NCBI GenBank assembly: GCA_016186915.1
Contig: JACPKU010000006.1
Coordinates: 80,921 to 144,920 of the forward strand
Source of the DNA: Candidatus Doudnabacteria bacterium
Lineage (GTDB): Bacteria; Patescibacteriota; Doudnabacteria; UBA920; O2-02-FULL-48-8
Length of the DNA: 64,000 nt
Direction: 5' to 3'
Part shown: positions 19,869 through 29,397 of the stretch, piece by piece
How positions within the stretch are numbered: position 1 is the stretch's first letter
Layout of the letters: every line of letters starts with the position of its first letter
Notes under the pieces: generated by a model
What the model saw: the letters and a program-made list of their open reading frames with translations, nothing else
Databases searched by the model: none
Told to the model about the DNA's origin: nothing
Made by a program: the position numbers and the translations under genes

Positions 19869-20318
19869 TCTTCAAGCAATCGATAAGCCGAATTCTGTCT
19901 GACCTCGTCCCTTGCGGTACGGGGGAGATAATCATCTATCTAGCTCCGACGTTGCCATCGGAGTCAAGCTGCCAACCCGGTCCTTTAACGGACCCTATTT
20001 GGCATTGCACTGACAAGTAAGTATTTAGCCGTTTCATTTCAGCCTTAGGCTGAAACCCGACGAAGCTTTACGCGAAGTCGGGCTCGCTTATAACTGAAGT
20101 CGTCCGCCTACGCCAAAGGCTTCGGCGGACGCTTTCGGCTTTTCGGCCTCAAGCGTCACTGTTCGCAACTCTACCCCGACATGACGTCGGGGCGACGGGA
20201 ATTACCCGCTACCTGCAACTCGATAGACTCATGAGACTCCATCGAATTCACGTGTTCGGACTTTCCTCCCGCGTCAGCTTTGGGCTGACGGGGCGATTAT
20301 CTTGATTACTTAAAGAGC
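19867..20318 (-). ncRNA. rnpB: RNase P RNA (bacterial type A-like)
   Basis: On minus strand: P1 helix 5' GCUCUUUAAGUAAUCAAG pairs with 3' CUUGAUUGCUUGAAGAGC; universally conserved GGGAGGAAAGUCCG (P4 5' strand), CCAAAUAGG, GGCAGCUUGA, and ACAGAAuuCGGCUUAUCG (P4 3' strand) in canonical order. ~450 nt. Confidence 0.8.
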
Positions 20319-20351
20319 TAATAAAGTATACTCTTTTGCTTGAAAGTGTCA

Positions 20352-20386
20352 AGGGGGCGGTTGACCCGGATTGTAGATTAGTGTAT
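20352..20386 (+). promoter_or_regulatory. sigma70-type promoter for RRM protein gene
   Basis: TTGACC -35, 17-nt spacer, TATAAT -10 (gcggttgacccggattgtagattagtgtataatg). Confidence 0.5.
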
Positions 20387-20496
20387 AATGTATTCGTTCC
20401 TTTAGTCGAAGGAAAGTTCATTAATAAGACAAGGGTACCTAGTTAGAAATTAGTAATTTACTAATAATGTGTTTTCCTTTGTTTGAAGGTACGTAA

Positions 20497-20769
20497 ATGG
20501 CAAAGAAGCTATTTGTCGGCGGGATTCCTTATTCCACCACCGACGACCAGTTGAAAGAGATGTTCTCTCAAGCTGGTACCGTAGTATCTGCTCAGATCAT
20601 CAGCGATAAGTTCTCTGGACGCTCCAAGGGTTTCGCGTTCGTCGAGATGTCATCGGATGAAGAGGCCAACAAGGCCATCGAGATGCTCAACGGCACGGAA
20701 GTTGGCGGCAGAAGTATTGCTGTCAACGAAGCTCGACCAAAAACCGAGCGACCAGACCGGGGCAGATAA
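20497..20769 (+). CDS. RNA-binding protein with RRM domain
   Basis: RNP-2 LFVGGI and RNP-1 KGFAFVEM motifs; 90 aa. Confidence 0.85.
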   Translation: MAKKLFVGGIPYSTTDDQLKEMFSQAGTVVSAQIISDKFSGRSKGFAFVEMSSDEEANKAIEMLNGTEVGGRSIAVNEARPKTERPDRGR

Positions 20770-20784
20770 TATCTGGCCAAAAAA

Positions 20785-20810
20785 CCTCCGCTTAAAGCGG
20801 AGGTTTTTTT
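20785..20810 (+). terminator. rho-independent terminator
   Basis: cctccgcttaaagcggagg + ttttttt. Confidence 0.8.
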
Positions 20811-20853
20811 GGTGGAAAAAAAAAGCATAAAATGGTATAATCAATCTTATAGA

Positions 20854-22272
20854 ATGAAACAATCAGAGCTAGTGTTTAATTTAATTTCTATCCCGGTTGA
20901 TTTCGTCATGGTTATCATTGCTGGAATCACGGCTTTTTATTTGCGTTTTGAACTAGTCGGGCTCCGTCCTATTATTTACGATCTGCCGGTTTTGGATTTC
21001 GTTCAAATTTTACTGTTAATTGCCCCGATTGCTATTTTGCTACTAGCGCTTGCCGGGCTTTATAACCTCAAGGGCACGAGACGCTTTTCTGCCGAGTTAA
21101 CCAGGATTGTCCTGGCCATTTCTTCGGGGCTTTTGGTGGTCGTGGTATTGTTTTTTTTCAACCAAACCGTTTTTCCTTCCCGATTGATTATCTTAATTGC
21201 CTGGGGCTTGGCAATAATGCTGGTCAGTTTGGGGAGAGTGATTCTGCGTCTAGTCCAGATTCAAATGCTTAAAAAAGGGGTGGGCCTGCACAGACTGGTG
21301 GTGATTGATGGAGGAGCGCGTTCTGGCGAGAGCATCATAGATGAGATTAAGAGACGACCGGAGTTAGGATACAATATTGTCGCCACAATAAATTTTTCAA
21401 ATGCGGAAGATCTGTTTCCACGTTTGGAACAGATTAGGAAAGAAAGCGGCATTGATGAGATTTTGCAGTCGAACTCTGAACTGTCCGCGAAAGTTAACAA
21501 TCAACTGCTGATTTTTTCCCGCGACTATGGGATTTTGTTTAATTTTGTCCCGGATATTTTTGAAACTTCAAGAACCAATGTGGCGGTGGAGACGATTTCA
21601 GGTATCCCAGTAATTGTCCTGAAGGGAACGCCGTTGGAAGGTTGGGGAAGGGTGCTGAAGCGGTCGGTAGATATCGCGGTTTCTTTTTTTAGCTTGATTA
21701 TTCTCAGTCCAATAATGATCGTGGCCGCTCTGGCCATTAAGCTGAGTTCCAAGGGTCCGGTGTTCTTTCACCAGGCGCGGGCAGCGGGGCTGGGTTCGTT
21801 CGAATGTTATAAATTCCGTTCCATGTATTATGAGATGAGCGAGGGCACAGTGGAAGGCGACAAGCTTCGGGCAGAAATAGAGAAGCAAAACGCCCGGTTA
21901 GGGCCGTTTGTCAAAATAAAAAATGATCCAAGGGTGACTCGGGTAGGGAAAATACTCCGCCGCACCAAGATCGATGAACTGCCCCAGCTTTGGCACATTC
22001 TGCGGGGACAAATGAGTTTGGTGGGCCCTAGGGTGCATATGGTAAAAGAAGTGGAAAAGTTTCAGAATGAATATAAAAAAATTTTCACCATCAAACCGGG
22101 TGCCACGGGTATTACTCAAATTACGCAGGCTGGGAATCCAGAGTTGTCGTTTGAAGAAGAGATTAGATTGGACACGTTCTACATCGAGAACTGGTCCCTC
22201 TGGTTGGATATTTATATCATATTTAAAACAGTCCTGATTCTATTCGGCAAGCGCCAGAAAGTGGATTACTAA
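20854..22272 (+). CDS. undecaprenyl-phosphate sugar phosphotransferase (WbaP/EpsE-type bacterial sugar transferase)
   Basis: N-terminal TM helices; C-terminal bacterial sugar-transferase domain DIAVSFFSLIILSPIMIVAALAIKLSSKGPVFFHQARAG...GKILRRTKIDELPQLWHILRGQMSLVGPR. Confidence 0.85.
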   Translation: MKQSELVFNLISIPVDFVMVIIAGITAFYLRFELVGLRPIIYDLPVLDFVQILLLIAPIAILLLALAGLYNLKGTRRFSAELTRIVLAISSGLLVVVVLFFFNQTVFPSRLIILIAWGLAIMLVSLGRVILRLVQIQMLKKGVGLHRLVVIDGGARSGESIIDEIKRRPELGYNIVATINFSNAEDLFPRLEQIRKESGIDEILQSNSELSAKVNNQLLIFSRDYGILFNFVPDIFETSRTNVAVETISGIPVIVLKGTPLEGWGRVLKRSVDIAVSFFSLIILSPIMIVAALAIKLSSKGPVFFHQARAAGLGSFECYKFRSMYYEMSEGTVEGDKLRAEIEKQNARLGPFVKIKNDPRVTRVGKILRRTKIDELPQLWHILRGQMSLVGPRVHMVKEVEKFQNEYKKIFTIKPGATGITQITQAGNPELSFEEEIRLDTFYIENWSLWLDIYIIFKTVLILFGKRQKVDY

Positions 22273-22274
22273 AC

Positions 22275-23378
22275 ATGAAAATCGCCTTGGTGCACGAATT
22301 TTTGAATCAGTTGGGTGGGGCGGAGCGGGTTTTGCAGAATTTTTTGGCAATCTGGCCAGAGGCCACTGTCCACTGTTTGATTTATGACCAGCACAAAACT
22401 GGGGGAATTTTTGAAGCATATAAAAAAAGGTTGAGTTTCGTAAACACTTTGCCGCTGGCCCACAGTCATCACCGTTGGCTTTTGCCCTTCATGCCGCTGG
22501 GGATTGAAGCATTCAACCTTGAAGAGTTTGATCTAATAATTTCCGATTCGTCCTCGTTTGCCAAGGGGGTGAGAACAAAAAACCAATTGCATATTTGTTA
22601 TTGTCACACGCCCACCAGGTTTTTGTGGACTGATTTCGACTCTTATCTTAAAGCCCAAAATATTCCCTTGGTGGTCAAACTTTTTGCGCGTCCTGTGTTA
22701 AATCTGATCAAAAAGTGGGATTACCAGGCAGGCCAGCGGCCGCACTATTTTATCGCCAACTCGGTTAATGTCCAGCAAAGGATAAAGAAATTTTATAACC
22801 GAGACTCGGTGGTGATTCCGCCGCCCGTGGATACGGAAGTGTTCCATCCGGAAGGCAAAAAAGAGAATTATTTTTTCGTGGCTTCGAGGCTGGAGCCTTA
22901 TAAGAAGATTGAATTGGTCGTTCAGGCATTCAACGAACTCGGCCTGCCTTTGAAGGTGGCGGGCGGGGGGACAACTTCTGAAAAACTGCGGGCGATGGCC
23001 CGATCCAACATTGAATTTTTGGGGCGGGTATCCGACGAGGAACTGCGGCGCAGATATTCGGAAGCCCAGGCGTTTATTTTTCCCGCGGAAGAAGACGCGG
23101 GAATTATGGTTTTGGAAGCGCAGGCCTGCGGCACCCCGGTGATTGCGTATAAGGCGGGTGGCGCTTTGGAAACGGTCGTGGAGGGAGAAACAGGAGAATT
23201 TTTTGAACATCAAACCGCAGAATCTCTCAAGGCCATAGTTAAAAAGTTTGATGCGAAGAAGTATAACTCAGTTAGCGTGAGAGATAACGCTTTGCGGTTT
23301 GACAAAAAAATTTTTCAGCAACGCATTATAAATTTTGTAGAACAGAAATATAGCGACTTTTTAACCAACTGGCGTTAA
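22275..23378 (+). CDS. glycosyltransferase family 4
   Basis: MKIALVHEF..GGAERV N-terminus; C-terminal GT4 E-x7-E region (EAQACGTPVIAYKAGGALETV). Confidence 0.8.
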   Translation: MKIALVHEFLNQLGGAERVLQNFLAIWPEATVHCLIYDQHKTGGIFEAYKKRLSFVNTLPLAHSHHRWLLPFMPLGIEAFNLEEFDLIISDSSSFAKGVRTKNQLHICYCHTPTRFLWTDFDSYLKAQNIPLVVKLFARPVLNLIKKWDYQAGQRPHYFIANSVNVQQRIKKFYNRDSVVIPPPVDTEVFHPEGKKENYFFVASRLEPYKKIELVVQAFNELGLPLKVAGGGTTSEKLRAMARSNIEFLGRVSDEELRRRYSEAQAFIFPAEEDAGIMVLEAQACGTPVIAYKAGGALETVVEGETGEFFEHQTAESLKAIVKKFDAKKYNSVSVRDNALRFDKKIFQQRIINFVEQKYSDFLTNWR

Positions 23379-23408
23379 TAGTGCATTAGTTTCTCCTATT
23401 GCACTATT
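23379..23408 (+). repeat. 30-bp direct repeat copy 1 (hairpin element tagtgcattagtttctcctattgcactatt)
   Basis: Identical 30-mer at 23938..23967; internal 9-bp stem aatagtgca/tgcactatt with 14-nt loop uuaguuucuccuau. Confidence 0.9.
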
Positions 23409-23444
23409 TAATTGATACGAGTAATATGATTTTATGATGATTTT

Positions 23445-23948
23445 ATGACCAAGCTTTCGAAAATTCCTCTTGATCCTAAAGATTTTGGGTTGTATGTAAA
23501 CAATCTCTGGTCTGTTTTTACACTTCTTGATTCTAAAGAGGATATTCGTTTTCTTTTTAAGGATTTATTTACCCATACGGAAAACAAAATGTTTACCAAG
23601 CGATTGGAGATCGCCCGTGCGCTATTGGAAGGGGAGACTTACGACCAAATTTCGGAGCGTTTGAAGGTCACTAAGCATACGATTGCCAGTGTAAGCAACA
23701 CACTGGCTCGTGATGGTAATGGTTTCAGGGTTGCTCATGCTAAGTTGTTGGATTTGGAAAAACAGCATCAGCGAAGGAGAGAAAAGAGACAGGATTATCT
23801 TGAAGGGAAAAAAAGATGGCCAAAGTTCCGAGAACAGGTTTTGGTCGAGGAATTAGCTAAGGCGGGAGCGAGACACGTGAGTAAATATATTAGACGAAAA
23901 AAAAAGAGAGTCAACCGCAAAAAAGAGATTGTCAATCTAGTGCATTAG
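23445..23948 (+). CDS. TrpR/YerC-like helix-turn-helix protein
   Basis: RLEIARALLEGETYDQISERLKVTKHTIASVSNTL resembles TrpR-like YerC/YecD family; basic C-terminal tail; flanked by the 30-bp direct repeats. Confidence 0.5.
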   Translation: MTKLSKIPLDPKDFGLYVNNLWSVFTLLDSKEDIRFLFKDLFTHTENKMFTKRLEIARALLEGETYDQISERLKVTKHTIASVSNTLARDGNGFRVAHAKLLDLEKQHQRRREKRQDYLEGKKRWPKFREQVLVEELAKAGARHVSKYIRRKKKRVNRKKEIVNLVH

Positions 23949-23967
23949 TTTCTCCTATTGCACTATT
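23938..23967 (+). repeat. 30-bp direct repeat copy 2
   Basis: Identical to 23379..23408; overlaps stop codon of 23445..23948. Confidence 0.9.
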
Positions 23968-24016
23968 AGAATGTTGTAATATTGTTTGAATGTAATAATA
24001 TTGTACCCACAATAAT

Positions 24017-25120
24017 ATGAGAATTGGCTTGGATTTGAGAATGCTGGGCGGGGGATCAGGGATTAGCAGATATGTCTCTGAGCTTTCGCATGAAATTTTG
24101 CGTCAGGACAAGGTAAACATATACGTGTTGTTTTTTGAGAGCGGTGATCAAGCAGCCGCCTACAAAGATTACGGCCACAAAATTGTCCTGACTGGAGTAA
24201 AACATTATTCGCTTGCCGAACAGCTAAAGTTGCCTCGAATTTTATATCGTGAAGAACTGGACCTAGTACACTTCCCGCACTTTAATGTCCCTGTTTTTTA
24301 TCGCCGGCCGTTTATAGTCACGATTCATGATTTGATTCACACCAAGTTTCCGGGGCGGAAGAAATCGCATATTTTTCACCGCCTGGCGTATAATTTAGTT
24401 GTGCGAAACGCTATAATGAGCGCCAGAAAAATTATCGCGGTTTCCGAATCGACCAAAAAAGAAATCAGAGAATATTTCAGCATCAGCGAGGCGAAAATTA
24501 TTGTGGTCTATGAAGGTGCGAACGAGATTTATAGAATGATTGATAAGGACGCGGCAGCGGCGTTAGTGAGAAAAAAATTCGAAGTAAAGAAGCCGTACAT
24601 TTTATACGTTGGCGTCTGGCGCCGGTATAAAAATTTGCCGAGATTAGCTTGGGCCTTCGACAAGCTCAGGCAACAGGGTGTTGAAGTCGAGCTGGTATTG
24701 GCCGGCGAGGAGGATCCTTTTTATCCAGAAATCAGAAAACAGATATCAGATATCAGGAATCAGGAATCAGTCAAGGTTTTGGGGCGAGTATCTGACGAAG
24801 ATTTGAAAAATCTCTATAATGGAGCCAGCTTGTTTGTTCTGCCTTCACTGTCAGAAGGATTTGGCCTGACCGCCTTGGAAGCGGCTGCTTGCGGCGTGCC
24901 TGTGGCCTGCAGCGACATTCCAACCCTGCGGGAAGTGATGGGACAGGGAGCAGAGTATTTTGATCCCGTGAATTTAACCAATATGGCGGAGGTGATAAAA
25001 AATATTTTAGAAAATCCGAAACGGCAGGAAGAATTAGCTAATCTGGCACTGGCCAGAACCAAACATTTTAGCTGGACAAACGCAGCGAAAGAAACGATTG
25101 TCGTCTATCAAATGATATGA
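24017..25120 (+). CDS. glycosyltransferase family 4
   Basis: MRIGLDLRMLGGGSGISRY...; EGFGLTALEAAACGVPVACSDIPTLREV GT4 motif. Confidence 0.8.
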   Translation: MRIGLDLRMLGGGSGISRYVSELSHEILRQDKVNIYVLFFESGDQAAAYKDYGHKIVLTGVKHYSLAEQLKLPRILYREELDLVHFPHFNVPVFYRRPFIVTIHDLIHTKFPGRKKSHIFHRLAYNLVVRNAIMSARKIIAVSESTKKEIREYFSISEAKIIVVYEGANEIYRMIDKDAAAALVRKKFEVKKPYILYVGVWRRYKNLPRLAWAFDKLRQQGVEVELVLAGEEDPFYPEIRKQISDIRNQESVKVLGRVSDEDLKNLYNGASLFVLPSLSEGFGLTALEAAACGVPVACSDIPTLREVMGQGAEYFDPVNLTNMAEVIKNILENPKRQEELANLALARTKHFSWTNAAKETIVVYQMI

Positions 25121-26217
25121 GTTTAAAAATACTAGTCAGCGGCGGAGGGACCGGCGGCTCAGTGAGCCCGATTTTGGCTGTGGTGGAAGAATTGTATAGA
25201 CTCAAGCCTAAGGCGGAAATTCTATTTGTGGGAACGAGCAGGGGGCCGGAAAGGCAAATGGTCGAGCAGTTGAGTTTGCCATTCATCGGTATTCCCCCGG
25301 CGAAGCTACGGCGGTATTTTTCGCTCCGGAATTTTTTGGATATTTTCGTATTTGTTTATAGTTTGGTCCGAGCCTGGTTTGTCGTGAGGAGTTTCCGGCC
25401 GGACGTGATTTTTTCGGTGGGAAGTTTTGTGTCCGTGCCGGTATGCTGGGCTGGGAAACTGCTGGGTGTAAGAATCGTCATTCACCAGCAGGACGTGCGG
25501 ATCGGCTTGGCCAATAAACTTATTGCCCCGTTTGCTGATAAAATAACCACGGCGTTTGCATTTACCGCCAAGAGTTTTTATTCGGGATCAGGGTTGTTTA
25601 CCAGAAAATGGAGGTCGCCGGCAGAATGGGTGGGCAACCCGGTTCGCAGTGAGATTTTTGAAAAGAATATACCGGTCCCGGATTATATTAAACTAACAAA
25701 AGATTTGCCGATCTTGTTGATATTGGGGGGAGCCACCGGATCAGATCAGATAAATCGAGTAATCATCGAGGCCGCATCTAAATTGGTCAGATCGTTTCAA
25801 ATAATTCATCAAACAGGCAAGCTGAAGAAAGCGGCTAAATTTAGCGATCCAAATTATCATGTATTTGAACTGCTGCCATTTGATGCGTATGCCTATCTGT
25901 TGCAGAAAGCACATCTGGTGGTTGCCCGCGCCGGGCTTTCCACCATTACCGAGCTGTCCGCTCTCGGCAAGGCGGCTGTGATTGTTCCGATGCCGGAGAG
26001 CCATCAGGAGGACAATGCCGTGATTTTGAACTTTACCTCGTCAGCGGTGGTGTTGAACAAACAGCAGTTTACCCCGGACAATTTGGTTAAAACTTTGACA
26101 GATTTAAATTTTGATCCCGAAAAGCAAAAAATAATGGCGCAGAATATATCCAGATTAATTCCAACTTTACAAGTGGCCGAGAAGCTGGCAAAAATAGTCA
26201 TTAAAACAGGCGAATAA
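25117..26217 (+). CDS. murG: MurG-like GT28 N-acetylglucosaminyltransferase
   Basis: ILVSGGGTGGSVSPILAV (MurG G-loop), C-terminal ARAGLSTITELSALGKAAVIVPMPESHQEDNAVIL matching MurG donor-binding region. Confidence 0.7.
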   Translation: MSLKILVSGGGTGGSVSPILAVVEELYRLKPKAEILFVGTSRGPERQMVEQLSLPFIGIPPAKLRRYFSLRNFLDIFVFVYSLVRAWFVVRSFRPDVIFSVGSFVSVPVCWAGKLLGVRIVIHQQDVRIGLANKLIAPFADKITTAFAFTAKSFYSGSGLFTRKWRSPAEWVGNPVRSEIFEKNIPVPDYIKLTKDLPILLILGGATGSDQINRVIIEAASKLVRSFQIIHQTGKLKKAAKFSDPNYHVFELLPFDAYAYLLQKAHLVVARAGLSTITELSALGKAAVIVPMPESHQEDNAVILNFTSSAVVLNKQQFTPDNLVKTLTDLNFDPEKQKIMAQNISRLIPTLQVAEKLAKIVIKTGE

Positions 26218-26222
26218 AAATC

Positions 26223-27104
26223 ATGGAAAAAACCAGACCGACAATCGGAGTTGCTTTGTCCGGAGCCGCAATAAGAGCCGTTGCGCAAATCGGAGTCTTG
26301 GAGGTTTTTCGCGAGAATGGCATCCCCGTCGACTATATTGTTGGATGTTCTTCCGGGGCGTTGGTGGCCGCGAGTTTCTGCGCCGGATCGATGGAGCAGT
26401 TAAAGCAAGACGTTTTTCGCCACGATTTAAAAACATGGTGGAGTTTTTTCTCCCTGCGGGATGCAAATGGAGGATGGTTTCATTTAGATAGCGCTGCAAG
26501 GGAATTTGGAAAATATATCAGAGGGTTGAGGTTTGAAGATTCGAATCCAAAATTAGGATTGACTGTCACTGATATAAATACTGGGGAATTAATTACTTTA
26601 AGATCAGGGGATGTGCTCGAGGGACTTAAGGCCACAGTAGCCTTGCCTGGCTGGTTCGAGCCAGTAGTTAAAGAAAACAAAATTTTAGTAGACGGGGGGT
26701 TGGCGGATATTATTCCTGTGTCATCCGTAAAACAGATGGGCGCGGATATCGTAATCGGAGTGGATGGTGCGTCATCGCGTTATTTGTACCGTAACCGAGT
26801 TTCTTTTGCGATCTGGCGGAAATTTAGAGAGTTGTTCGGGTTTCCTAAAAATCTGGAACCCCTTGATCCTAACAAACTAAATTCTTTTAAAGTTTTAACC
26901 CGGGCATGGGATTTGTCCCTGCAGATGCAAAACAAGACGGACTCTGAAAAATACGATTGTGATTTTATGCTTGACCTGCCAACCAAGCATTACAGGAGGA
27001 TGGATTTTAAAAATTTGCGAGATATTTACAAGGAAGGGCGCAAAGCGGCCGAGAAAAATTTACCAGCATTAAAGGAACTTATTCATGAATTTGCCAAACA
27101 TTAA
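26223..27104 (+). CDS. patatin-like phospholipase
   Basis: GxSxG lipase motif (GCSSGA) with upstream Gly-rich oxyanion loop (LSGAAIRAV) and catalytic DGG (VDGGLADIIP). Confidence 0.7.
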   Translation: MEKTRPTIGVALSGAAIRAVAQIGVLEVFRENGIPVDYIVGCSSGALVAASFCAGSMEQLKQDVFRHDLKTWWSFFSLRDANGGWFHLDSAAREFGKYIRGLRFEDSNPKLGLTVTDINTGELITLRSGDVLEGLKATVALPGWFEPVVKENKILVDGGLADIIPVSSVKQMGADIVIGVDGASSRYLYRNRVSFAIWRKFRELFGFPKNLEPLDPNKLNSFKVLTRAWDLSLQMQNKTDSEKYDCDFMLDLPTKHYRRMDFKNLRDIYKEGRKAAEKNLPALKELIHEFAKH

Positions 27105-28476
27105 ATCAGTTTATCTAATCGGTGTCGGCGGGATCGGCATGTCGGCGTTGGCGCGGCTTTTTCTCATGCTCGGCAAACAAGTCAGCGGTTCTGACCAGAT
27201 TGCGTCTTCTGTGACGAAAGATTTGGAGAAAGCCGGTATTAAAGTTAACATCGGACACAAGGTCGATAATTTGGCGCAAGAAGATATGGTAATTTTTTCC
27301 GAAGCTATCACTGATTCTTCTCCGGGCTGGATTGAACTGAATGAAGCGAGAGAGAAAAAGCTGAAAGTTTTAAGCTACGCCAAGGCACTGGGGCTTTTGA
27401 TGGAAGGTCATCACGGCATCGCAGTCAGCGGTACCAACGGCAAATCAACCACAACTGCGCTTTTGGGGTTGATTTTGGAAGCAGGAGGATTGGATCCTAC
27501 TGTGGTGGTCGGCAGCCAGATTTTTTTCGATTCTAAAAAGACTAAGTTTCAGGCTAATGCCCGGCTAGGCAAAAGCAAATATTTTGTGGCTGAAGCAGAC
27601 GAATACCACCGCCACATGCTGGACGTTAAGCCGGAGCTTGCGGTGCTCACCAATATCGAGCTGGACCATCTGGACTATTATAAAAATTTAGCAGAGATTA
27701 AATCAGCGTTTGCGGATTTCGTAAAGTTACTGCCGCCGGACGGCATGGTTATTTACAACGCGGATGACCACGAAACCGTGGAGGCGGCCAGGCAGGCAGA
27801 AGCTCACAAATATACCTACGGCATCCACCATTACGCTGATTTGCAGGCGATCAGGCTTGGGAGCGGCTCAGGGAAGCAAAAATTTGAACTGCAGTATAAC
27901 AACGAAATTTTAGGAGAAGTGAAATTACGAATGCCCGGCCGGTTTAACGTTCTCAATGCTCTGGCCGCGGCTCTGGCCGCTTTGAAGCTGGGCGTGAAAT
28001 TCGATGTCATAAAAAAAACCTTAGAAGAGTTTCGCGGAATTTGGAGAAGGTTTGAGTTGGTGGGGGAGGTAGAAAACACAAAAATAATCTCCGATTATGC
28101 CCACCATCCTACGGCGGTTAAAGAAACCATCCTCGCGTGTCAAGAGTTATATCCTGACAAAAAGATTCTAACAGTGTTCCAGCCGCACCAAAAAAATCGA
28201 ACCCAGAAACTGTTTGCGGAGTTCGTGGACGCGCTGTCTTATGCGCCGGCCTTGATTATTGCAGAGATATATGAAGTGGCGGGGCGCGAACATGGTGAAA
28301 AAATTAGCTCTAAAGATTTGATTAAAGGGTTGGAAAGGTTTAAAATAAACGCTGCGTATGCGAAAGATTTAGCAGAGACGGAAAAGAAAATTAGGGAAAA
28401 GTTAACCGAGTTTGATGTGGTGCTGATTATGGGGGCGGGCGATGTAGACGAGGTGGCGAGGCGATTAGTCTCTTAA
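27085..28476 (+). CDS. murC: UDP-N-acetylmuramate--L-alanine ligase
   Basis: VYLIGVGGIGMSALARL and AVSGTNGKSTTTALL Mur ligase motifs; 463 aa. Confidence 0.85.
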   Translation: MNLPNIKSVYLIGVGGIGMSALARLFLMLGKQVSGSDQIASSVTKDLEKAGIKVNIGHKVDNLAQEDMVIFSEAITDSSPGWIELNEAREKKLKVLSYAKALGLLMEGHHGIAVSGTNGKSTTTALLGLILEAGGLDPTVVVGSQIFFDSKKTKFQANARLGKSKYFVAEADEYHRHMLDVKPELAVLTNIELDHLDYYKNLAEIKSAFADFVKLLPPDGMVIYNADDHETVEAARQAEAHKYTYGIHHYADLQAIRLGSGSGKQKFELQYNNEILGEVKLRMPGRFNVLNALAAALAALKLGVKFDVIKKTLEEFRGIWRRFELVGEVENTKIISDYAHHPTAVKETILACQELYPDKKILTVFQPHQKNRTQKLFAEFVDALSYAPALIIAEIYEVAGREHGEKISSKDLIKGLERFKINAAYAKDLAETEKKIREKLTEFDVVLIMGAGDVDEVARRLVS

Positions 28477-28479
28477 TTT

Positions 28480-29397
28480 ATGTCCATAATTGAGGTTAAA
28501 AATTTAAACAAGGCTTACAATGGCACCCAGGCGGTGAGAGGAATTACTTTTAGCGTGGAAAAGGGTGAAATCTACGGCATTTTGGGACCGAACGGCGCGG
28601 GCAAGACCACGACGCTGGAAATTTTAGAGGGGCTGAAAAGCCCGGACAGCGGACAGGCCGAGATGTTTGGCCTGGAGGTGGCCAAAAACAATGGTGGAAT
28701 CAAAAAAAGAATCGGCGTGCAACTGCAGCATAGCGAGTATTTACCAGCTCTTTCTTTGAAAGAATTGCTGGAATTGTTTGCGGCTCTTTATCATAAACGT
28801 GTAGATTCGTCCGAACTTCTGAATTTTGTCGGCTTGGGAAGCAAGGTGAACAGCTACGTCAATGAGTTGTCTGGCGGACAGAAACAAAGATTTACCTTGG
28901 CCAGCGCCTTAGTCAACGAACCAGAAGTCCTTTTTTTAGACGAGCCGACCACTGGGCTGGATCCGAGAGCCAGACGAGACGTCTGGGAACTGATCCGTCA
29001 GATTAATTCAAAAGGGATCACCGTGGTTTTGACCACCCATTATATGGAAGAGGCGGAGTATCTGTGCCACAGAGTGGCGATCATGGAGCAGGGGAAGATT
29101 TTGAAAATTAGCGAGCCGAAGAAACTAATTGAAGAAATAGCCAACACTTCTCAAGTCTCGTTTTTTACCAGCGACAATGTCGAGGAAAGTTGGTGGAAGC
29201 AGGTTCCGGAAGTGGAGAAGGTTTACAGCAATTATCCGAAAGTGATTCTGGAAATCAATTCACTGGATAGTGTTAGCAAAATTTTAAGCGTATTAAAAGC
29301 GCATAATGTGAGCTTCAGCGGATTCAGCCTCAAAACCGCCACTTTAGAAGACGTGTATCTGGATTTAACAGGCAAAGAATTTGAGAGCGAATCATGA
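28480..29397 (+). CDS. ABC transporter ATP-binding protein
   Basis: Walker A GPNGAGKTT, signature LSGGQKQR, Walker B LFLDEPTTGLD. Confidence 0.9.
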   Translation: MSIIEVKNLNKAYNGTQAVRGITFSVEKGEIYGILGPNGAGKTTTLEILEGLKSPDSGQAEMFGLEVAKNNGGIKKRIGVQLQHSEYLPALSLKELLELFAALYHKRVDSSELLNFVGLGSKVNSYVNELSGGQKQRFTLASALVNEPEVLFLDEPTTGLDPRARRDVWELIRQINSKGITVVLTTHYMEEAEYLCHRVAIMEQGKILKISEPKKLIEEIANTSQVSFFTSDNVEESWWKQVPEVEKVYSNYPKVILEINSLDSVSKILSVLKAHNVSFSGFSLKTATLEDVYLDLTGKEFESES

